A DNA stretch of 64,000 bases from an uncultured Candidatus Saccharibacteria bacterium (GCA_964491925.1 CAZBGZ010000002.1:49492-113491), one strand, 5' to 3'. Shown: positions 45,820-53,967, numbered from the stretch's first letter. Program-made: numbers and translations. The notes: generated from the letters alone by a model not told the origin.

Positions 45820-45890
45820 GTAAAAGTTCTTTAAAGAACTTTTACTCGAACCTTGTATGTTCGGGAGCTGCTTTTTACCTGTATTGGCAT

Positions 45891-46796
45891 CTAAGCTCCT
45901 TCCTTTTGTTTTTTTATTTTTACTGCGGCTCGTAGCTTTGCACTACGGGCTCGTGGATTAAAAACTAATTCATCGTGACCTGCGGTAATTGGCTTTTTAG
46001 TTGCCAAATTCAGTTCGGTATCGTAGCCTGGACCACTTCTGTTTTTCAAGAACCTTTTTACGATTCTATCTTCTAGGCTGTGGAAGCTTATTATCGCTAT
46101 TCTGCCGCCTGGATTTAAAAGGTCTATCCATATCGGCAATGATCTCTCCAGCTGTCCCAGCTCGTCATTCACCGCAATACGCAGTGCTTGAAAAGTCTTC
46201 GTTGCCGGATGTACTTTCTGCCGCTTGCCGTATATTGCGTTCTCTATGACTTTTGCTAACTGACCAGTGCTAGTGATTGGTCTGTTGCTTATAATGGCAC
46301 GTACTATTCTATGAGCCCGGAATTCTTCGCCGTACTCTTTTAGTATCCGAGCCAGATCGTCGTTGCTAGCCCTGTTGATTATGATTGATGCCGTTATTTC
46401 TTGGCTGGCATCCATACGCATATCCAAAGGACCATCCTCTTTGAAAGAAAACCCACGATTTTTATTGTCAAGGTGCGGTGACGATACGCCTAAATCTGCC
46501 AAGATAAGATCGAACTTATTGCCTTTATCTGCTAGTTTTTTGGCTGCATCTGCAAAATTGTCTCGCATAATCAGCACATCACGACCAGCAAATGTCGCTT
46601 TGAGTTCTTCGGTAGCGTAGCTGTCTCTATCGACAAGCACGCTTCCCTCGTCTTGAAAGGTTCGCCCAAGTATCTCTTTAGAATGCCCGCCGTAGCCCGC
46701 TGTCACATCTAGGAATGTTTCTCCTTTTTGTGGCTTCAGCACTTTGAGCACTTCGTTTAGTAATACTGGGATGTGTTTTTGGTGATCTTTTGGCAT
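45891..46796 (-). CDS. rsmH: 16S rRNA (cytosine1402-N4)-methyltransferase
   Basis: 301 aa; HIPVLLNEVL, DVTAGYGGHS, DLGVSSPHLD, SFHSLEDR motifs. Confidence 0.95.
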   Translation of the reverse strand: MPKDHQKHIPVLLNEVLKVLKPQKGETFLDVTAGYGGHSKEILGRTFQDEGSVLVDRDSYATEELKATFAGRDVLIMRDNFADAAKKLADKGNKFDLILADLGVSSPHLDNKNRGFSFKEDGPLDMRMDASQEITASIIINRASNDDLARILKEYGEEFRAHRIVRAIISNRPITSTGQLAKVIENAIYGKRQKVHPATKTFQALRIAVNDELGQLERSLPIWIDLLNPGGRIAIISFHSLEDRIVKRFLKNRSGPGYDTELNLATKKPITAGHDELVFNPRARSAKLRAAVKIKKQKEGA

Positions 46797-47302
46797 ACCA
46801 TTTCTTTTTGTTTTTGTTTTACTTTAAGGTCACCTAATCAGTAGCCAACTTTTTTGTTTTGTATGTTTTTGTTTTTGTTTAAAAAATCCTTTTGGTGACA
46901 GAGGTAATTTAAACGGTTTTTGGTTTTACCCGGAAAGACCGTCATCGAAGAACTTCTGTCAGATTTTTTTGTTTGAGAGACTTTGTGTGAGGTGGAGTTT
47001 TGGGAGGTGTTTTATCTAATGTGCTAGGGTTTTTATATGGTGGTTACCCTTTTAATCCCACCTGTTGACTACCGAATAGCTAATCTTAAACAACACACCG
47101 TCCTGGCCTATTTCCTGGTGAAGCCAGAAATCTGTCAGTACTCTCAAACGTATTTCTGCGGCAAAAGGCTCCGGTGCTCCTTCACTGTATTTCTGTACAG
47201 CTCGGTCCGTGCTTCGCCTTCTCCTTGAACTACGATTGAGTATGTAGCTTAGTAAGTTTTTGTTATTCGGTTTTGACCGAATTGTTAAGGTGCCCCGTAA
47301 AA

Positions 47303-47662
47303 CTATTTGGACGACAAACGCCAATACTTCCCTGCACGCACAGCATAAACATCGCGTTTTATGCCTGCATAGTTCAGCAAATGCTGCTCTATACTTACGC
47401 GACCTTGCTTGCGGTCCAGGTCTGTGTCGGACTTGCCCATGCGAAATTGAACGTTTAGATCTGCAGTCTTCTCGTCAAGGATGCTTCCCTGTAACTGCGG
47501 TTCAACTTGTTCTTCCCATACTGACTTCGGATACATGTGCAGATATTTTTTAAATCCGCGCGTTATGACTACTCCGCTCGCAAACTCATCACGAAGTTCG
47601 GCCGGTATGGTTAACCGTCGCTTATCGTCTAGTTTCCTTTCGTAGTAGTCCACCGATGCCAT
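47303..47662 (-). CDS. mraZ: division/cell-wall cluster transcriptional regulator MraZ
   Basis: 119 aa; two DxxxR-type half-domains (LDDKRRLTIPAELR and LDRKQGRVSIEQHL). Confidence 0.85.
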   Translation of the reverse strand: MASVDYYERKLDDKRRLTIPAELRDEFASGVVITRGFKKYLHMYPKSVWEEQVEPQLQGSILDEKTADLNVQFRMGKSDTDLDRKQGRVSIEQHLLNYAGIKRDVYAVRAGKYWRLSSK

Positions 47663-47725
47663 ATATGAGCAATTGTCCCTTTAGTTTTATATGTTCTCGT
47701 GGTTTTTGTTTTTTGTGGTGGATTA

Positions 47726-47772
47726 ACCCACGTTTACCCACTGACATGAATATACTACCCACAGTGACCCAC
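47726..47772 (-). promoter_or_regulatory. candidate MraZ operator: four phased GTGGGT repeats
   Basis: ACCCAC on + (GTGGGT on the mraZ strand) at 47726, 47736, 47757 and 47767, with spacing 10/21/10 bp, 64-110 nt upstream of the mraZ ATG. A degenerate ATCCAC at 47807 is in the same helical phase. Confidence 0.55.
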
Positions 47773-47880
47773 AAGCAAGTACTTTTATCTGTTTCTATAC
47801 CTACTTATCCACAGTTTTGACAAAATTAAAAACCCCTGCACTATATGTAGTGTATTGGGCCTTTTACCCGGCACTATTTT

Positions 47881-49143
47881 TTATTTTTTATTTGTCGAGC
47901 GGATTGCATTTGCGAACCATTTGGCGCTTGGTCTGATTTCTCTTTTCATTCCGTTAGACCGATCGACACTGACAAGGCCAAACTTCGGCCACCAGCCATA
48001 GGCCCATTCAAAATTGTCTAGCAAACTCCAGTGGAAGTACCCGGCGACTTGGACACCCTCTGACAGCGCACGCTCCATAGCTATTATGGATTCCTCGATC
48101 CACCATTGTCTGTACTGGTCTTGTTCATCCGCTACGCCGTTTTCGGTCACGATTATCGGTTTTCTATAATGCGCCCAGGCCCTGACTAGCAGAGGATACA
48201 ATCCCTCTGGCTCCATATACCAGCCCAGATCATTGACCGGTACTTTAGGGTTGTCTTTGTGAAAACCTTTGTAATAATCTGTAAAGTAATAATTAAATCC
48301 CACAAAATCTTGCTGTTTTCTGATTCTGTTCACAAACCACCAATTATACGTATATCTCATAAATTTGGTTACAACTTCATCGATAATATTATGAGGTCTC
48401 TTTGCCTGAATGTTCGATAATTGCCCTGCTATGCCCACATTGATTGTAGGGTTTGCATGTTTTAATATTCTATAAGCCCGCTTGTGGGCGCTAACTAGAT
48501 TGCGATATATCCAAACAGCCTTTGGCCAGTTTTTTTCTTGTGGCGGCCAAAAACCGGTACCATAACTGAAAACCGTATAAACGTTTGGCTCGTTTAATGT
48601 TATTACATATTGCAAGTCCTTGCCGTATTCATCAGCGATTTTCTGAACAAAACGATCAAAAAATTTCAAATTCTCTCTCTTGGCAAATCCACCTTTGTCC
48701 GTAAACCAGACCGGCATGGTCCAATGCCAAATGTTCAAGAAAGGCTCAAGACCTTTTTTTCTCAGCTCCTTTATATAGCCCCTGTAATATTCGACTTCTT
48801 TTTCATTCCATTTACCCTCAACTGGCTCTAGTCTGGACCACTCTATGCCGAACCTAAAAGCATTGAGGCTTAGACTTTTTGCAATGGCAAAATCTTCTTT
48901 ATAGCGTTTGTAGTGGTCTACCCCACGACCAGAAACATAGTTATCCGGCTTTTCAGCCTGGGCTTTTATCGTGTCCCATCCTGGCAAGTTGCTTAGATGT
49001 TGATGGGCTATCTGGGCGTGCTCTTTGGCAACTTCTAATTCCCAAACACTCCACTGGTTATGGTTACCGCCCTCGACCTGATGCGAGGCTGTGCTGGCCC
49101 CCCAAAAGAAATTCGGTGGAAATTGAGATTTATATTTATCCAT
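47881..49143 (-). CDS. GH1-family beta-glucosidase
   Basis: 420 aa; FFWGASTASHQVEGG, TLNEP (acid/base Glu), VTENG (nucleophile Glu). Confidence 0.9.
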   Translation of the reverse strand: MDKYKSQFPPNFFWGASTASHQVEGGNHNQWSVWELEVAKEHAQIAHQHLSNLPGWDTIKAQAEKPDNYVSGRGVDHYKRYKEDFAIAKSLSLNAFRFGIEWSRLEPVEGKWNEKEVEYYRGYIKELRKKGLEPFLNIWHWTMPVWFTDKGGFAKRENLKFFDRFVQKIADEYGKDLQYVITLNEPNVYTVFSYGTGFWPPQEKNWPKAVWIYRNLVSAHKRAYRILKHANPTINVGIAGQLSNIQAKRPHNIIDEVVTKFMRYTYNWWFVNRIRKQQDFVGFNYYFTDYYKGFHKDNPKVPVNDLGWYMEPEGLYPLLVRAWAHYRKPIIVTENGVADEQDQYRQWWIEESIIAMERALSEGVQVAGYFHWSLLDNFEWAYGWWPKFGLVSVDRSNGMKREIRPSAKWFANAIRSTNKK

Positions 49144-49154
49144 AAGCTATTTCT

Positions 49155-49163
49155 ATTCTATCA
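49155..49163 (-). promoter_or_regulatory. extended -10 element, short-leader spacing
   Basis: Minus strand TGATAGAAT; 11 nt to ATG at 49143. Confidence 0.45.
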
Positions 49164-49242
49164 CTACCCTTACGCGTTCTTTCTCAAAGAACCAAATCTC
49201 TTCATACTTTCTCCAGCAGCTGAGAAAGTATGCAAAGACGCC

Positions 49243-49401
49243 GCCCCGACTCAAACCACGTGATTTAGGTTTTGGTGATTTTTGGCGTGCCTGTGGAACG
49301 CAAGCGATCCGATTCAATTTTCTTGGTGTATGGAATCGGATTGGTCCTCGGCATTAATTCGCCAAAAATCACCAAAACCTAATCAGTGTTTGAGAGGGGT
49401 C
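49243..49401. repeat. ~160-nt long inverted repeat / hairpin (35-40 bp stem, 72-nt core with inner 9-bp stem)
   Basis: Left arm 49243-49287 pairs with right arm 49360-49401. There are 21 perfect bp (AGGTTTTGGTGATTTTTGGCG), then 5+2+7 more bp separated by three 1-nt bulges. Inner stem is ATCCGATTC (49307-49315) / GAATCGGAT (49333-49341). Confidence 0.65.
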
Positions 49402-49425
49402 TTTAATGTAACTACAAAATTAGCG

Positions 49426-49770
49426 TTATTTATTTAGGATTTCTATTTTTTGGATTTTGCCAGCTTTGACTGTTACGTACTCTTGGCCGGAGGTTTTTAT
49501 AACTTCACCGTTTGGCTTCTCTCCAACGAAGTCAAAATCAAACAAAATCACGCCTGGATCCATCTTTTTTACGGAATTAACACGCCATTGCAGAGATGAA
49601 AACTGACCATGAAACTTTCTTTGCATAGCAATAATGTCTCCACTGCCAATGTACTTACCCGTATTCTGCGAAATATATATCGTCGTATCCGTAAAAAGCT
49701 TTTCGATATTATCAAAATCACTCTCGTTAGAAAGCTCAAAGTAAAGTTTAGCTGTCTTGATTGCATCCAT
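49426..49770 (-). CDS. SnoaL/NTF2-like small protein
   Basis: 114 aa; size and alternating pattern fit an NTF2-like cone; weak call. Confidence 0.45.
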   Translation of the reverse strand: MDAIKTAKLYFELSNESDFDNIEKLFTDTTIYISQNTGKYIGSGDIIAMQRKFHGQFSSLQWRVNSVKKMDPGVILFDFDFVGEKPNGEVIKTSGQEYVTVKAGKIQKIEILNK

Positions 49771-49779
49771 ATGGATATT

Positions 49780-49788
49780 ATTGTAGCA
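49780..49788 (-). promoter_or_regulatory. extended -10 element, leaderless-type spacing
   Basis: Minus strand TGCTACAAT; 9 nt to ATG at 49770. Confidence 0.5.
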
Positions 49789-49837
49789 TTCTGCAATTAC
49801 GGGCTGGGCGTCTGTCTCCGCAGAGGTAGAGTCGTAA

Positions 49838-50470
49838 TTAACCCGGAATAATTTTGGATGACTTGCCGTTTATAACAAGTGCTTGTTCGTCGGATATCTC
49901 AACAACCTCATAACCTTCACATTTTAATGATTTACTAATCTTTTTAACTACACCGCCAAATTTTTCGTTGTCTATGTGCGGTACAACGACTTTTTCTGTA
50001 AGGTTTAGGCCTTCAATAATAACTTTAGGAGCATCCTTTGGGTTATCTGCATCCTCAAAATACTTTAGTGTTGGTCCAGCTACAATGGCACCTGCACTTC
50101 CGCCACCGTATACTAATCCAGACCGTACAAGGTCGTTGATAATTTTATCAGCGCCTACATCTTTCAAAATCCATCTCAGGTAAAAAGAATTGCCCCCACC
50201 GACCCAAACCACATCTTTACTTGCCAGTTTACTTATCAACATTGGCTGTTTATCTTTATACTTCCGTAGGTCAACAAGCTCTACTTCATAACCACAGGAT
50301 TTAATGGCTTCACGGTTTTCAACCACCCAATCGACAGTATCATCATGGTACACATCAGCAGCATTTTCTATCAATGCTAATTTAATATCTTTCGCTGGCT
50401 TGCCAACGAGTTCAATGAAAGCATCCTCTTGCTCTCTTGAAATTGCCATTGAAGAAAGAAAAAGTTTCAT
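49838..50470 (-). CDS. peptidase S51 (dipeptidase E-like) family
   Basis: 210 aa; VWVGGGNSFYL and GGSAGAIVAG motifs. Confidence 0.72.
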   Translation of the reverse strand: MKLFLSSMAISREQEDAFIELVGKPAKDIKLALIENAADVYHDDTVDWVVENREAIKSCGYEVELVDLRKYKDKQPMLISKLASKDVVWVGGGNSFYLRWILKDVGADKIINDLVRSGLVYGGGSAGAIVAGPTLKYFEDADNPKDAPKVIIEGLNLTEKVVVPHIDNEKFGGVVKKISKSLKCEGYEVVEISDEQALVINGKSSKIIPG

Positions 50471-50479
50471 ATTAGCTTA

Positions 50480-50488
50480 ATTGTAGCA
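50480..50488 (-). promoter_or_regulatory. extended -10 element, leaderless-type spacing
   Basis: Minus strand TGCTACAAT; 9 nt to ATG at 50470. Confidence 0.5.
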
Positions 50489-50562
50489 TTTTGCCTTTCT
50501 GGGTTTGCGTAGCGTTTGTTATGAAGTGTCCCGTAGGGACATTTTACAAATAGAGTCGCCTA

Positions 50563-50704
50563 TGTTCAGCCCTGAGCAGATATTGTGAAAAGTAGGCGCC
50601 CTTGGGCGCGAGGATTGTTTGAGCTGAAAAACTGCTGTTAGCAGGTTTTCAGTGAGTTCCGGAGCGAGCCTACTTTTTATCAACAGATGCGTCAAGACTG
50701 AACA
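50563..50704. ncRNA. unclassified ~140-nt multi-stem element (strand undetermined)
   Basis: Closing stem TGTTCAG (50563-69)/CTGAACA (50698-704); 11-bp stem 50587-97/50668-78; 12-bp hairpin 50624-35/50641-52 with one mismatch; GC hairpin near 50596-50609. Confidence 0.3.
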
Positions 50705-50782
50705 GCGAGCGCGGCACTTTTGGTTACTTTTCTTGCTGCAGAGGAAAGTAATAAGAAACGGGTTCTCTTAAAAAGAGCTAAA

Positions 50783-51484
50783 TTACTTCATTTTCATGTA
50801 ATGCGCTTTGTCGGCTGGGTGTAAGCGTTCGAGACTGTAGCGCAACATTGTTCGGGGCATCGTTGGCGCGTATTTATATAGGAGTTCTTTTAGCCTAGCC
50901 TCATCTTTTTTGCCTGCTTCGCGCAGCATCCAACCTGTGGCTTTGTGCATCAGGTCTTCCTTATCATTCAACAGTATTTCTGCCAATCTGAATGTGTCAT
51001 CCAGGTCATTTTTACTTATAAAATGTGCTGTACTAACAATCGCTATTCGCCGCTCCCACATCTGTTTTGACCGCGCTAGTTTGTACAAAATCGCCCTATC
51101 TTTATCAGATAAATATTCGCCAACTATTTTGTGGCAACTAGTATCAACTATGTCCCAATTATTGATCCTGTCTGTCCTTTTTAAATACAAATCGTATAGT
51201 GATTTCCTGAGTACAGAATTTGCACGCTCTGCTTGATGTCGCATTATTATAACAGCCGCCAAGCGATGCTCATGAATCGGACTTTCCAACAGTTTTTCAA
51301 TCTCGTTAATTGGCAAACTATTATACTTTTTACATACCAACCTGGTTTGCGGTACTGTTAGCCCAATAAAAATATCGCCCTCTCCATATTGACCCTTACC
51401 AGTCTTAAAAAATCGCTGTGAATGAGCAGCCCGAACCGGGTCTTCATAACTATTAAGCTCACTCTCTATTTCTTTGGCTGTCAT
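50783..51484 (-). CDS. DNA alkylation repair protein (AlkD-like HEAT-repeat family)
   Basis: 233 aa; N-terminus ...DPVRAAHSQRFFKTGKGQYGEGDIFIGLTVPQTR and NNWDIVD motif are typical of this family. Confidence 0.78.
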   Translation of the reverse strand: MTAKEIESELNSYEDPVRAAHSQRFFKTGKGQYGEGDIFIGLTVPQTRLVCKKYNSLPINEIEKLLESPIHEHRLAAVIIMRHQAERANSVLRKSLYDLYLKRTDRINNWDIVDTSCHKIVGEYLSDKDRAILYKLARSKQMWERRIAIVSTAHFISKNDLDDTFRLAEILLNDKEDLMHKATGWMLREAGKKDEARLKELLYKYAPTMPRTMLRYSLERLHPADKAHYMKMK

Positions 51485-51510
51485 CAGAATTCCCTATGTC
51501 TACACTTATA

Positions 51511-53019
51511 CTATACTACTGAATCTTCGCCGAAGTGTTTTTTCAGACGAGATCGGATTGACCCAGGGTGGCGGCCAAAAACAGAGGTGGCTTTTTTAAT
51601 ATCTATTTTTTTGCCTGATGAAAACATATCCACCAGTTTTTTGTCATCGGCGTCGTTCCATGGTTTGTAGGCATTTGGGTAGTCTTTTCGCATTTTTTTG
51701 AGCTTTTCGGACCATGTATTTTTGGTGAGTGGTTCGGGTTTAGATTTACGGACGGCTGCTTTTTCTTTTAAATCAGCAAAACGTTTGGCATCTTTTCTGG
51801 ATGCAGCCCGTAGTTTTTCGTCAATTCTAAGAGCCTCTGGACTGACTTTCAAAGCCATCTTATTCAGCCCCATTAGACTAAGTGTGTCAAAACTACGCAC
51901 CCTAGACAACGCCACATAACCCATCCCCTCAACAAACGCTTTACCGAGGTTAATTCGTGCCGCATCTAGTGTCATCCCCTGGCTTTTGTGTACTGTTATT
52001 GCCCATGCAAGCCTCAGTGGTATCTGCGCCAAACTAGCGCGTTTTTTATCACCATCACGTAGTTCCCACGAGTCTGGCAAGACAGTTATCTTACGCCCAC
52101 TCTTCAAAGTTACGATCGGAAAGTCCGTCGATTTTTCAAAGCCCGTTACCTCACCCAAAGTTCCATTAGCGTATTTTTTATCTGGGCTATTTTTTATGAA
52201 CATAACCAATGCGCCTTTTTTTAAAACTAACACCTCGTTCGCCAAACAAGCACGTTTCAATGAATCAACGTACACTTCCTTGCCGGTTGTTGACATCTTG
52301 TATCGATGTTCTTCCCCGTCAAGGTCTTGCAGTCGGTGATTATTGATACTGTCGACATCAATGTTAGTAGTGTGCAGTTCCGTTACGTCGCCGAGGTCAA
52401 CCTGATTTCGCTTTAGTAACGATTCGGCATGACTGCGACGAATATCCCCTGCTCGCAATGCTTCTAAGATATCTAGAAAATCATCATCATTTTGGCGGTG
52501 TTGTTCCTCCAGATAACAGATTACCGGGTTCAGTTCTTGCCACACGTCAGCGTGAACTACAAATTGACCTTGATCCTGTCCACCCCTTGTAACCGGCGGT
52601 AGTTGGAAAAAGTCCCCGCATAAAATTACCTGAATGCCACCAAATGGCTCATCTTTTCCTCTGACCTTGCGAGCAACTTTATCAACCATATCTAGACGAT
52701 AGTGATGAAGCATAGAAATTTCGTCGATAATCAACACATCTGTTTTAGCAATAGTATCCCTGCGACCCTTATGCATGTGATCATGAAAATTTTTTGGTAA
52801 ACTATCCAAAATCCCGATTCCACTCCAGGCATGAATCGTATTGCCACTGAGATGCGTTGCGGCCAGGCCAGTCGTGGCAGTGACTGCCACTGTTTTTCCG
52901 TCCGCCTTAGCCGCCCGAATAAATTTGTTCAGCACATATGTTTTCCCCGACCCAGCTGGACCAGTTAAAAGTGCGTTTTCGCCACTCAATAAAATTTCTA
53001 ACGCTAACGCCTGATCCAT
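51511..53019 (-). CDS. PIF1/RecD-like SF1 DNA helicase with basic C-terminal tail
   Basis: 502 aa; Walker A GPAGSGKTY, LIIDEISM (Walker B), QLPPV, ITVHKSQG motifs. The last ~90 aa are Lys-rich and HTH-like. Confidence 0.85.
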   Translation of the reverse strand: MDQALALEILLSGENALLTGPAGSGKTYVLNKFIRAAKADGKTVAVTATTGLAATHLSGNTIHAWSGIGILDSLPKNFHDHMHKGRRDTIAKTDVLIIDEISMLHHYRLDMVDKVARKVRGKDEPFGGIQVILCGDFFQLPPVTRGGQDQGQFVVHADVWQELNPVICYLEEQHRQNDDDFLDILEALRAGDIRRSHAESLLKRNQVDLGDVTELHTTNIDVDSINNHRLQDLDGEEHRYKMSTTGKEVYVDSLKRACLANEVLVLKKGALVMFIKNSPDKKYANGTLGEVTGFEKSTDFPIVTLKSGRKITVLPDSWELRDGDKKRASLAQIPLRLAWAITVHKSQGMTLDAARINLGKAFVEGMGYVALSRVRSFDTLSLMGLNKMALKVSPEALRIDEKLRAASRKDAKRFADLKEKAAVRKSKPEPLTKNTWSEKLKKMRKDYPNAYKPWNDADDKKLVDMFSSGKKIDIKKATSVFGRHPGSIRSRLKKHFGEDSVV

Positions 53020-53094
53020 AGTCTATACAGTATAGCTCGGATACAATTTTTTATTGAAAATATTGCAAGCCTGATAACGTGCAAAGATCTTGTG

Positions 53095-53307
53095 TTAGCC
53101 GTAATATTTTCGGGCGGCATCAATAAAATGATGCCAGGCCTCTATATAAACGCGGATGTAATGCTCGTCAGTACGTGTAAATGCATAGCTTTCGTTACGG
53201 TTGTCAGAGTGTTCTAGGTTATCGTACAAGTGTTTCACCTGGTCATGAGCCCGATGGACTCGGCGTTGGGCCTCGCGATATTCTCGTTCGTACTGTTTGT
53301 TAGGCAT
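53095..53307 (-). CDS. hypothetical small helical protein
   Basis: 70 aa, 5 nt downstream of the NYN gene; charged and His-rich. Confidence 0.4.
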   Translation of the reverse strand: MPNKQYEREYREAQRRVHRAHDQVKHLYDNLEHSDNRNESYAFTRTDEHYIRVYIEAWHHFIDAARKYYG

Positions 53308-53312
53308 TTGCC

Positions 53313-53936
53313 CTACCTGGCTCCTTTCCTCTTGTAATCTTTGTAGGCTAATTCCCTACGCATTTCGTCGATTCTAATTATATACTTCTCGTAAGGTTTT
53401 AACAGAGACGAATAAAATCGATTTGGTGTCATTATGTGCTTCAATCTCTCTTTGCCTGCCAGGTACTCGGCCAGACAGTAAAAGTCACCATCGCCCGATA
53501 CAATGATCGCTTTTGAGTAGTTGGGCATTTCCTTCATCGCGTAAAGCACCAATTCGGCGTCTACATTCCCCTTCACTGCTCTTTTTGCCGTTTCGGAGTG
53601 ATCATTATGATTGTGATTCTTAGAATCTTTTTTAGACTGATTAGTATGGTCAATGTGTTCAGTTGTTTGGGAAGAATCATTCATAACTACAGTCGGTTTT
53701 AGTACTACCAGATAACCTAGCTCGTGCAAGGTGTTATACATTTCTTCATGCTCACTCATATACCCAATAAACAGATAGGCCCGCGTTACACCATGCTCTT
53801 TTTGCAAATACTGATATAGCTTGCTCCAGTCCATTTTCCAACCCATTTTCTGGGTACCTAGATTTAGGTTTTGACTATCAATAAAGGCATATACGCCCTT
53901 TGCTTTTTGATGTGTTTTTCGTCGAAACGGCCTCAT
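53313..53936 (-). CDS. NYN-domain (LabA/PIN-like) protein with His/Asn-rich insertion
   Basis: 207 aa; VYAFIDSQNLNLG N-terminal Asp motif and IIVSGDGDFYCLAEYL C-terminal acidic motif. Insertion HIDHTNQSKKDSKNHNHNDH. Confidence 0.78.
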   Translation of the reverse strand: MRPFRRKTHQKAKGVYAFIDSQNLNLGTQKMGWKMDWSKLYQYLQKEHGVTRAYLFIGYMSEHEEMYNTLHELGYLVVLKPTVVMNDSSQTTEHIDHTNQSKKDSKNHNHNDHSETAKRAVKGNVDAELVLYAMKEMPNYSKAIIVSGDGDFYCLAEYLAGKERLKHIMTPNRFYSSLLKPYEKYIIRIDEMRRELAYKDYKRKGAR

Positions 53937-53967
53937 CTTGAACTAATAATAGCACTTTATGTAAACT

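Noticed and set aside
47052-47324. 90-aa Arg-rich ORF in the mraZ-rsmH spacer (and 47260..47553 on +)
   Set aside because: It overlaps the mraZ 3' end, has no SD or promoter, and its composition looks non-genic. It is kept only as a possibility under the spacer finding.
47805-47813. Perfect DnaA-box 9-mer TTATCCACA upstream of mraZ, plus TTTTCCACA (39004-39012) and ATATCCACT (38990-38998) in the AT-rich gap
   Set aside because: These are isolated boxes with no dnaA/dnaN nearby and no cluster or DUE. The 47805 copy is in phase with the GTGGGT repeats and is better read as a degenerate MraZ box. An oriC is not supported.
53030-53041. 12-mer TCCGAGCTATAC (minus strand) shared by the helicase promoter region and the RND promoter region (60687-60698)
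   Set aside because: Hundreds of chance 12-mer matches are expected among all position pairs in 64 kb on both strands. Only the promoter-proximal position is suggestive, which is insufficient.
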